DNA of 62,912 nt from a bacterium (GTDB lineage Bacteria > JAJRZV01). The stretch spans positions 1 to 62,912 of the forward strand of contig JAJRZV010000117.1 of assembly GCA_024275095.1 (NCBI GenBank). The letters are read 5' to 3'. Within the stretch, counting starts at the first letter, position 1, and each line of letters starts with the position of its first letter. The notes under the pieces are model-generated. The model was not told the DNA's origin. It did not search any database and was given only the letters and a program-made list of their open reading frames with translations. Positions 9,196 through 16,816 of the stretch are shown piece by piece. Both the position numbers and the translations under genes were made by a program.

Positions 9196-9204
9196 ATTAT
9201 ATCA
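9196..9204 (-). promoter_or_regulatory. candidate extended -10 (TGATATAAT) for ssrA
   Basis: The minus strand reads TGATATAAT about 30 nt upstream of the mature tmRNA 5' end. The -35 is weak. Confidence 0.4.
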
Positions 9205-9390
9205 CTTCTGCGTCTACTTCCCTACGGAGCCATATGGGATTTTTAAGATTCAGGAGAGGTGCTTTGTTCCTTGGTGTCGCATTGGTTTCTTTTTAGAGAA
9301 GTTACGCTTTTTCGACATGGTTTACAGAAAGGGGGAACAGAAGATTTTTGAATGCATGAAAAGGCCTGTGTCGTGCATTTTTTTATTTTA

Positions 9391-9418
9391 AATGTCAAAT
9401 GTTGAGACCAGACCCCGA
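9391..9418 (-). repeat. dispersed repeat, copy B (short)
   Basis: The minus strand reads TCGGGGTCTGGTCTCAACATTTGACATT, 14 nt after the adh stop and in the same orientation as adh. Confidence 0.9.
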
Positions 9419-9432
9419 TTCTGATGCGCCTG

Positions 9433-10431
9433 CTACCTGATCTTCAGGGCGGCTGCTCCCTGGATTTCGCTGTTTTTAAGCTTGAAGAGAGCTTCGCGGG
9501 CCTTTTCCAGCGGAAAAGTTTCCACGTGGACCTGCACGGGTATTTCTCCGGCGATTTTCAGGAATTCTTCAGCATCGCGGCGGGTATAGTTTGCCACTGT
9601 GGTGATGCTGCGCTCGCGGTAGATAAGGTTGTAAGGAGTGGGGGGCATGTCGCTCATGTAAATTGCGTTGATGGCCACCCTTCCACCGGGTTTGAGTTTT
9701 TCGAGGGCCTTGTGAACGACCCATCCTGCAGGAGCAAACACGGCAGCAGCGTTGAGTTTTTCCGGCGGTTCGTCGTCGTGTCCGCCGGCCCATACGGCTC
9801 CCAGATTTTCTGCCAGTTCGCGATGGTGCTGACTCCGGGTAAACACGTATACGCGGCAGTTCCAGTGCACGGCCACCTGAAGGGCCAGGTGTGCGCTGGC
9901 ACCGAATCCGAAAAGTCCCAGAACTTCACCCGGCCGAACGCCTGAAAGACGCAATGTCCTGTATCCAATGATGCCGGCACAGAGGAGTGGGGCTGCCTTT
10001 TCATCAGTGAAGTTTTCCGGCAGGGAAAAGGCAAAGTTTTCACTGGCCACCGCGTATTCCGCATAGCCGCCGCCAGCGTGCAGTCCTGTGAATCGGGCTT
10101 CACTGCAGAGGTTTTCCAGGCCCTTGCGGCAGTATTCACACTGCCCGCAGGTGCTGTTGAGCCAGCCCACGCCCACGCGGTCACCCTTTTTGAATCGGCT
10201 CACTCCTTCACCTGTTGCTTCCACCACTCCTACAATCTGGTGGCCGGGAATGAGAGGGTATGCAGGTGCTACGACCTCGCCTTCAACAGTGTGCAGGTCT
10301 GTGTGGCATATTCCGCAGGTGCTCACGCGGATGAGCAGTTGTTTTTTTTGCGGTTCCGGCACAGGCATGTCAGCGAGTTCGAGCAGGGCTTTTCCTACAG
10401 GCGCGGGATTTTTCAAAATGACCGCCTTCAT
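9433..10431 (-). CDS. zinc-dependent alcohol dehydrogenase (MDR family)
   Basis: 332 aa with the GICHTDLH zinc motif, the structural-Zn Cys cluster CGQCEYC and the Rossmann motif GFGASAH. RBS AGGAGGG. Confidence 0.85.
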   Translation of the reverse strand: MKAVILKNPAPVGKALLELADMPVPEPQKKQLLIRVSTCGICHTDLHTVEGEVVAPAYPLIPGHQIVGVVEATGEGVSRFKKGDRVGVGWLNSTCGQCEYCRKGLENLCSEARFTGLHAGGGYAEYAVASENFAFSLPENFTDEKAAPLLCAGIIGYRTLRLSGVRPGEVLGLFGFGASAHLALQVAVHWNCRVYVFTRSQHHRELAENLGAVWAGGHDDEPPEKLNAAAVFAPAGWVVHKALEKLKPGGRVAINAIYMSDMPPTPYNLIYRERSITTVANYTRRDAEEFLKIAGEIPVQVHVETFPLEKAREALFKLKNSEIQGAAALKIR

Positions 10432-10637
10432 AATATATATACCCTCCTGTGACTTTTGGACATCATTATGTCGCTGTGAGCATGATATGGCAACGGTTCT
10501 TAAGGCGTTCTATCAGCCTTTTTGTTGTTTGTCGAACGAAATTTGAACTTTCATGTGTTGCTAAATCGCACAATTTATTAGAAAATGTAAAACAGGTTTA
10601 CATTTCAACGGGTAATAAAAGGGCGGGTCTTTAGAAT

Positions 10638-11501
10638 ATGCCATCTGAAATCACCAAGTCTGAAAACCAGGCGTTAGCCCGGTTCCTCAAAGAAATAGAA
10701 AAAATTCCTGTTCTCTCAAGGGAGGAAGAGTACCGCCTGGCAAAAAAGTATAAAGAAGAGGGGGATCTCGAGGCTGCGAAGAAGCTCATCATTTCAAATT
10801 TGCGGTTCGTGGTAAAAATAGCCCTGGAGTACCGGCACTATCCTTTCAATCTCATGGACCTCATCCAGGAGGGTAACGTCGGCTTGATGATGGCAGTGAA
10901 GAAGTTTGATCCGGACAAGGGCTACAGGCTCATTTCCTACGCGGTGTGGTGGATTCGTGCATTCATTCATTCCTACATCATGAACAACTGGTCGCTGGTG
11001 AAAATTGGAACCACACAGGCACAGAAGAAACTTTTCGGACACATGCGCGAGCTTGGCGCTATCAGTAACAGTGAAGACGTGAAGGCGCTGGCGGATAAAC
11101 TGGATGTACCGGAAAAGGATGTGGTGGAAATGGAAATGCGTCTCGCCCACCGCGATTATTCCATAGATCAGTCTATAAATGCCGACGAAGACGATATTAC
11201 ATTTGCCGATGTGATTGAGGATAAAGGGCCGTCGCAAGAGGATATTGTCATCAGCCAGGAGGAGCATGCACTTCTCAAGACCGGCATCAAGCGGGCCATA
11301 GATGTTCTTGATGAAAGGGAGCGCAAAATTATCGAGAGGCGGTTTCTCAGCGAGCGACCTGCATCGCTCAGGCAGCTGGGCAAGGAGATGAACCTTTCCC
11401 GCGAACGGGTCCGCCAGATAGAAAAGCAGGCCCTTTCCAAAATTGCGAAGGAACTTCAAAAGGCTAAGGTGCCGCTACCCTTAGGGCCCGGCAGTTCCTG
11501 A
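10638..11501 (+). CDS. rpoH: RNA polymerase sigma factor, RpoH (sigma-32)-like
   Basis: 287 aa. Region 2 reads DLIQEGNVGLMMAVKKFD. An RpoH-box-like TTQAQKKLF is present. The region 4 HTH reads LRQLGKEMNLSRERVRQIE. Confidence 0.8.
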   Translation: MPSEITKSENQALARFLKEIEKIPVLSREEEYRLAKKYKEEGDLEAAKKLIISNLRFVVKIALEYRHYPFNLMDLIQEGNVGLMMAVKKFDPDKGYRLISYAVWWIRAFIHSYIMNNWSLVKIGTTQAQKKLFGHMRELGAISNSEDVKALADKLDVPEKDVVEMEMRLAHRDYSIDQSINADEDDITFADVIEDKGPSQEDIVISQEEHALLKTGIKRAIDVLDERERKIIERRFLSERPASLRQLGKEMNLSRERVRQIEKQALSKIAKELQKAKVPLPLGPGSS

Positions 11502-12920
11502 CTTTCCGGGATTCAAGATTGCGTTAGGATCGAGGAGCTCCTTGAGCTTATAGAGGAGTTCTAAAAATCCCGGATCAATACGATTTTTTATGCGTGCCCA
11601 GGCCCACGGTGGCATCTTGTAAGGTACAAAACCCAGCTCCAGCACCAGCTCGAGGAGTTCTTCATTGACCTTCCTGGCGCGCGTTTTTTCGTCTTCATTC
11701 TTTTTGTCGAATACGGTTATGAACCGCAGGACGCCGTAGTGGCCGCCCTTCATGGGCCGGGTTACAACCGTGGGTGCTATCCCGTGAGCAAGCATGATTT
11801 CGGAGCCGCGCCGTACGCCGTTTTCCCAGAGCGACGACGGCCCGTACGTGCCGATCCAGGTGAGCCCGCCTTTTTCAAGAAGAAACTCGAGCGTCATGGG
11901 AAAATCAGCCAGTGATGCGAAGTCCGGTACTGCTTTTACAATTTCGTCCACGTCCACCGGCCCTTCTACTTCCACTCCGGATTTGCGAAAATCCTTGAGC
12001 ACGCGGTTGTAAATTTTCAGGCGCTCGTTGAGATCGCCCTTTGAAAATCCGCCGATGTCCGCATATAAAAAGAATTCCGGTTCCGAAGGGTCCCTTACCA
12101 GGGGATTGTCCACGCCGAAAAGCATCTTGCCTGCGGGCCATGTGAGCCCCCCAAGATCAAAGAAGATAAAGCGACGTGCGAGAGATCTCAGTATTTGAAA
12201 TCCTTCTTCCACGGAGTATGTAAAAGCGAACAATCTTTTCCTGGCTGTCGGTTCCGGCCAGAGCTGTACGGAAAGCTTTGTGACAATGCCGGTGGTGCCC
12301 TGCCAGTTGAGGAACAGCCCCGTGAGGTCCGGGAGTGGGGCTCTGGCAAACCAGTACTTGCTCAGGGCCGCTGCGCCTGTACGTACCACCTTTCCCGAAG
12401 GCAGCATTACTTCCAGTCCACCGATCCATTCGCCCATTGAACCGTGCATGAATGAAAGATTACCAAGACCGTCTAAAAGACAATTGGCCATTATTGATAC
12501 GTTGGGAGGAGCTAACGGGTAGGCGATGGTGAGGTCGGGCGCGTGTTGCTGGAGATATTCTTTGAGCTGGCCGAAGGTGACTCCAGGTTCAAGCACCACA
12601 TACATTTCCGAACGGTTAAGCTCCACGATACGGTTCATGCCTTTGAGGTCAAGCACGATTCCACCGGGTGCTGGCAGGGCCAGCCCTCCCACATTGGTAC
12701 CTGCGACGATAGGGGTGACAGGGACCCTGTGCTGATTTGCGGTTTCCAGTACTGTCTTCACGTGCTCTGCAGAATGTGCATAAACCACGGCAGCTGGTTT
12801 AGATGGTTCGGCTTCCGTGTAATCGGTGGCGTATTGCTCAAGCGTGGAGTCTTCCGTGCTTACCAGATGTTCACCCAGTTTCTTTTTAAGGGTGGAAAGC
12901 CAGGTTTTTCTTGCAGACAT
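11481..12920 (-). CDS. FAD-linked oxidase (FAD_binding_4 / GlcD-AGPS superfamily)
   Basis: 479 aa. N-terminal FAD-binding domain (VPVTPIVAGTNVGG) and C-terminal LLDPNAILNPGK signature. Its 3' end overlaps the rpoH-like 3' end by 21 nt (convergent). Confidence 0.75.
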   Translation of the reverse strand: MSARKTWLSTLKKKLGEHLVSTEDSTLEQYATDYTEAEPSKPAAVVYAHSAEHVKTVLETANQHRVPVTPIVAGTNVGGLALPAPGGIVLDLKGMNRIVELNRSEMYVVLEPGVTFGQLKEYLQQHAPDLTIAYPLAPPNVSIMANCLLDGLGNLSFMHGSMGEWIGGLEVMLPSGKVVRTGAAALSKYWFARAPLPDLTGLFLNWQGTTGIVTKLSVQLWPEPTARKRLFAFTYSVEEGFQILRSLARRFIFFDLGGLTWPAGKMLFGVDNPLVRDPSEPEFFLYADIGGFSKGDLNERLKIYNRVLKDFRKSGVEVEGPVDVDEIVKAVPDFASLADFPMTLEFLLEKGGLTWIGTYGPSSLWENGVRRGSEIMLAHGIAPTVVTRPMKGGHYGVLRFITVFDKKNEDEKTRARKVNEELLELVLELGFVPYKMPPWAWARIKNRIDPGFLELLYKLKELLDPNAILNPGKSGTAGP

Positions 12921-12921
12921 G

Positions 12922-13278
12922 TTAACCCCTCAGGGCAAGGCCGAGGTTGGCCGCAGCCCGAAATTTACCTTTAATTTTCAACCGGCCGGTGAGCAGGGGG
13001 ACGGGAGACAAGCTACCTGTTCCCAATCGAAAGAAAGCATCGATTGTTCCGCGTATAAATGCATCTATTTCTTGCCCTGTATAACGGTCAATTACTGCAC
13101 CTTCAGGGCGAATTTCCAGGTAACATTCCATGCGTCCCGCGCGGATGCGGTAGCGGCCTTCAGCGTTTTTCAGCTTATTCAAACGCCGGGAGTCGCGTGC
13201 AGCCTTTTTCAGAAGCGCTTCAAGTATGAGCTGAAGAAGATTGGCCCTTTCGCGAGAGGGGATTTCTATGTTGAACAT
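12922..13278 (-). CDS. SCP2 (sterol carrier protein 2)-like lipid-binding protein
   Basis: 118 aa counted from the ATG at 13278 (MFNIEI..). The C-terminal LLTGRLKIKGKFRAAANLGLAL matches the SCP2 signature. The longer track ORF would overlap the upstream gene. Confidence 0.65.
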   Translation of the reverse strand: MFNIEIPSRERANLLQLILEALLKKAARDSRRLNKLKNAEGRYRIRAGRMECYLEIRPEGAVIDRYTGQEIDAFIRGTIDAFFRLGTGSLSPVPLLTGRLKIKGKFRAAANLGLALRG

Positions 13279-13285
13279 TGAGCTG

Positions 13286-15127
13286 TTACCTGACGACTTC
13301 GATGACATCTTCACACCGATCCTCATAAATATCGTCAAAAAGTTGCTTGTATTTGCTTTCGATGGCCTTGCGCTTGATCTTGAGCGTGGGCGTGATTTCC
13401 CCGGACTCGATGGTGAAGTCGTGGTCGAGTATAACAAACCGCCTGACCCATTCAACCCGTGCAAGCTTTTCGTTAGCGCGAGCGACAAGATTCTTGATGT
13501 GCTCCCTCAGTTCCGGATCCTTCACTGCATCTGCCATGCCGGGATACTCCTTGCCGGTGGTTGAGAAGAATTTTTTCGCCTCTTCCTCGTCCAGGGTTAC
13601 AAGGGCCGTTATGTAGGGACGCCTGTCGCCGTGCACGTGTACCTGGCTGATAATGGGATCCAGGCTCTTGATGGTATTTTCAATATTTGCGGGGGCGATA
13701 TTTTTACCGCCGGCGGTAACAATAATATGTTTTTTACGGTCGGTGATGCGTAAAAATCCATCTTCGTCGATTTCACCGATATCACCAGTGTGGAGCCAGC
13801 CTTCCTCGTCAATGACTTCCTTCGTTGCTTCGGGCTTGTTCCAGTAACCCTTGAACACCGTAGGTCCTCTTACCAGCACCTCGCCATCATCAGCAATTTT
13901 GCACTCAAGCACCTCTATCGGTTTACCAACGGTCCCGAACTTGTACTCGTCCAGGGTGTTGGCGTGTGTCACCACGGTGGCTTCCGTTAATCCGTATACT
14001 TCAAGGATAAGCAAACCCACGGCATGGAAAAATTCTAAAAGTTCTACTGATATGGGTGCTGCACCGGATATGAAGAAACGCACGCGACCACCGAAAGCCC
14101 TGCGTATTTTGCGAAAGACCAGAAAATCAGCAATCGCGTTTTTAATTTTCAGGCCGAGGGGGATGGGCTTCCTTTCGCGTACAAGTGCGGCGTACTCCTT
14201 GCCGACCCCGATGGCCCAGTTAAACAGCTTTCTCACAGCAGGGGGCTTTTTTTTGAGTTCGCTTTGAATGGCGCTGTAGGCCTTTTCAAATATCCGGGGA
14301 ACGCTGCCGAATATGGTCGGCTTTACATCCTGTATGTCTTCGAGCACCGTTTTGATACTTCTTGCATATGCCGTTCCGACCCCTCCATACATGCGTCCAA
14401 AGAATCCCACCACGTGTTCGGCTCCATGGGCCATGGGCAGAAAAGAAACAGTGATGTCATCTTCGTATAGCGGTATTTGATCATGCCAGCAGGACAGGAG
14501 TGAAACAATATTGTGATTTGTAATCATTGCACCCTTGGGCGGTCCGGTGGTCCCTGAAGTGTAAAGGATGATTGCTACATCATCGGGAGTGACTTTCCTC
14601 CATCGCTCCTCGAACGCTTTATCAAGTTCAGAGTGTGATCCTTCTTTTTCAATAAATTCTTCAAGAGTGCAAACACCTTCTCCAGATGCTGTGCCTTCCC
14701 ATACGATGATTTTTTCAAGAGCGGGAGTGTTGTTACGGATTTTGAGGATCTTGGCAAGTTGTTCTGCATTTTCTACAAAGATCATACGTGCACCGCTGTC
14801 ATTTAGAATATATTCAATTTGTTCAGGTGAAAGTGTTTGGTAGACTCCTACTGAAATTCCACCTGCCATGATAACGGCCAGGTCGGAAATCACCCATTCA
14901 GGCCGTGTTTCTCCGAGGATACAAACCCTGTCACCTTTTTGAAGTCCTGCACCGATGAGCGCCCTGGAGAGAGCCTTTACTTCTTCGTAGTAATCCCTCC
15001 ACGTTCGTCTTACCCAGCCACCGTCGGGCCGGTACATATAGGCAAGCATCTCCGGCGTATGTTCCACCCTCCATATCAGCAGCTCAGGAATGGTTTTTAC
15101 ATCGCCTTTTTCAGGAAACAAAGCCAT
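13286..15127 (-). CDS. long-chain acyl-CoA synthetase (AMP-forming)
   Basis: AMP-binding motif ILYTSGTTGPPKGAMITNHN and TGDIGEIDEDGFLRITDRKK. I prefer the ATG at 15127 (MALFPEKG..) to the TTG at 15193. Confidence 0.85.
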   Translation of the reverse strand: MALFPEKGDVKTIPELLIWRVEHTPEMLAYMYRPDGGWVRRTWRDYYEEVKALSRALIGAGLQKGDRVCILGETRPEWVISDLAVIMAGGISVGVYQTLSPEQIEYILNDSGARMIFVENAEQLAKILKIRNNTPALEKIIVWEGTASGEGVCTLEEFIEKEGSHSELDKAFEERWRKVTPDDVAIILYTSGTTGPPKGAMITNHNIVSLLSCWHDQIPLYEDDITVSFLPMAHGAEHVVGFFGRMYGGVGTAYARSIKTVLEDIQDVKPTIFGSVPRIFEKAYSAIQSELKKKPPAVRKLFNWAIGVGKEYAALVRERKPIPLGLKIKNAIADFLVFRKIRRAFGGRVRFFISGAAPISVELLEFFHAVGLLILEVYGLTEATVVTHANTLDEYKFGTVGKPIEVLECKIADDGEVLVRGPTVFKGYWNKPEATKEVIDEEGWLHTGDIGEIDEDGFLRITDRKKHIIVTAGGKNIAPANIENTIKSLDPIISQVHVHGDRRPYITALVTLDEEEAKKFFSTTGKEYPGMADAVKDPELREHIKNLVARANEKLARVEWVRRFVILDHDFTIESGEITPTLKIKRKAIESKYKQLFDDIYEDRCEDVIEVVR

Positions 15128-15255
15128 TTTTACAAACCCCCACTGAATGGTCTTCAGGTGATGATATTCAACCTGAGAGACGGGTTCAAGCAAAAGCAGG
15201 TTTTCCTTCTTTGAGGTTATTTCGCTTGCGTTGAGATGCTCGTGATTGATAAAAA

Positions 15256-15675
15256 ATGACTATGAGCAAAATGGAGCGTTTCAGTGTTTCTATAGAAGCT
15301 GAACTCCTGAAAGAGTTTGATCAGCTTATAAAGAACAGGGGGTATAGTAACCGTTCTGAAGCATTGCGGGAGCTTATGAGGAAAGAGATACTCGCCGATG
15401 AATGGATTGAAGGGGGCGAAGTGGCTGGAGCTGTTATCATTGTATACGATCACCACACCCGGGATGCGGCATCGGAGATACTTCGCCTTCAACACGAGTT
15501 CAGCAGAGAAATTATTTCCAACCAGCACATACATCTGGATCACAGGAATTGTCTGGAGATCATCGCGGTACGTGGAAGGGCAGAGCGTATAAAGGACCTT
15601 TACACGAGTTTCCGCTCTATTAAGGGATTGAAACATGCATCCATACAGGCCGCCTATTCAAAAAAGGCGCTTTAA
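15256..15675 (+). CDS. nikR: nickel-responsive regulator NikR
   Basis: N-terminal ribbon-helix-helix MERFSVSIEAELLKEFDQLI and a C-terminal metal-binding domain (HHTRD..HIHLDH). The start may instead be the ATG at 15271. Confidence 0.8.
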   Translation: MTMSKMERFSVSIEAELLKEFDQLIKNRGYSNRSEALRELMRKEILADEWIEGGEVAGAVIIVYDHHTRDAASEILRLQHEFSREIISNQHIHLDHRNCLEIIAVRGRAERIKDLYTSFRSIKGLKHASIQAAYSKKAL

Positions 15676-15679
15676 AAGA

Positions 15680-15779
15680 TCCGGGGTCTGGTCTCAACAT
15701 TTGACATTCGGGGTTTCGTGCTGAGGCTTTGCACGGGATGCGGCGGGTGGGATTCCGTGATTGCTTTGTCGTCATCACG
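15680..15779 (+). repeat. dispersed repeat, copy C (long variant)
   Basis: The core is identical to copy A. The extension shares the blocks GCGGGTG, CCGTG and GATTGCTTYGTYG..TCACG with A. It starts 4 nt after the nikR stop. Confidence 0.9.
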
Positions 15780-15806
15780 GGAAGGAGCGATGAGTTCTCG
15801 AATGAC

Positions 15807-15882
15807 TTTCATTGAAGTGTTAGGATAAATTACAAGGTTTTGTTATTTGTTGATGAGGATGGGTGAGCGAGGGGACTCGAAC
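15807..15882 (-). repeat. duplicate of the tRNA-His 3' end (21 nt) plus 55 nt of downstream flank
   Basis: 76/76 nt identical to 16015-16090. It contains a tRNA-His fragment (15862-15882) and diverges exactly inside the T-arm. Confidence 0.9.
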
Positions 15883-16069
15883 GTGCCCGCTCGCTGAGGG
15901 TTAAGCAGGAGGTTTATCTGGATGGAGTGGTTGTTTTTTGAGGGTATTTTTTCATGGTTGCTTTTGCTCGCTTTAGTGTGATGCGGAGCGCTGGCGCGTT
16001 GGGGGTTCGAGAGTTTTCATTGAAGTGTTAGGATAAATTACAAGGTTTTGTTATTTGTTGATGAGGATG

Positions 16070-16142
16070 GGTGAGCGAGGGGACTCGAACCCCCAACTCC
16101 TGGAGCCACAGTCCAGTGCTCTGCCGTTGAGCTACGCTCACC
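16070..16142 (-). tRNA. tRNA-His (anticodon GTG)
   Basis: The minus strand reads G(-1)GTGAGCGTAGCTCAACGG..CTGGACTGTGGCTCCAG..GGGGGTTCGAGTCCCCTCGCTCACC. G-1 pairs with C73, anticodon loop CTGTGGC, T-loop TTCGAGT. Confidence 0.9.
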
Positions 16143-16299
16143 ATGCCAATTAATTGTTTGATATTATTGAACAAAACGCTCGGTTTTGGCAACGTCCGGG
16201 ATTAAATGTTTTGATTCCGGGGTAGAGTTTCAAAATTTTAATTTCAGAGCATTATTTTGCCGGGGTCAAGTTCAATTTGGATATTGGGAAGTGATGTTG

Positions 16300-16696
16300 T
16301 TAATTGTTTTTGCGTTTATATATTTCCGGGTGTTCTCCGTCGTTATGCGAGTCTCTAAATGTCCAGGAGAGAAATCCCACAAATGTTGCAAACCATTCTG
16401 CTCCTTTTGAGAGGATTTCGATACCTGTAATTGCGACTTCCTCCCACATTCTTTTCAGGGGTTCAAAATTCTCACCTGCAGGTATGTTTTCATAAGCTCC
16501 GGTGCTCGCTTCCAAAAAGTCCTTCCAGCACTAAAAATTCAATTGCTTTGAAAAGCACTGCTATTGTGTAGAGGTTGTAGTAGTCAGGATTGATCTCGAG
16601 GGTTTTCTCCTTTTCCAGAAAGAACTCTTCCAGTACATGGAGGCAATATTCCGCATGTTCTTCTACTTCTTTCGCCGAAATTTCTGTATGTAGCAT
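16300..16696 (-). pseudogene. small hypothetical gene split by a +1 frameshift in an A5/T5 run (or two overlapping small ORFs)
   Basis: The ORF from ATG 16696 stops at 16490. The downstream ORF (16515-16300) has only a TTG start. Skipping one nt at the homopolymer 16514-16518 joins them into about 135 aa. The region is AT-rich. Confidence 0.3.
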
Positions 16697-16816
16697 TTTT
16701 TGTCCATTTCCCCTCCTTTGATGATTTGTTTTTGTTTCTGCTTTATGCAACGAGTTGATTACCTTAAATTTTTAAAAACTTTTATGTTTGCATTCCGGCC
16801 TTCTGCCAGACTTGAC

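Noticed and set aside
11481-11501. The 21-nt convergent overlap of the rpoH-like and FAD-oxidase 3' ends as a regulatory feature
   Set aside because: Short convergent overlaps are common in compact genomes. No structure or motif is visible in the overlap, so I only mention it under the operon finding.
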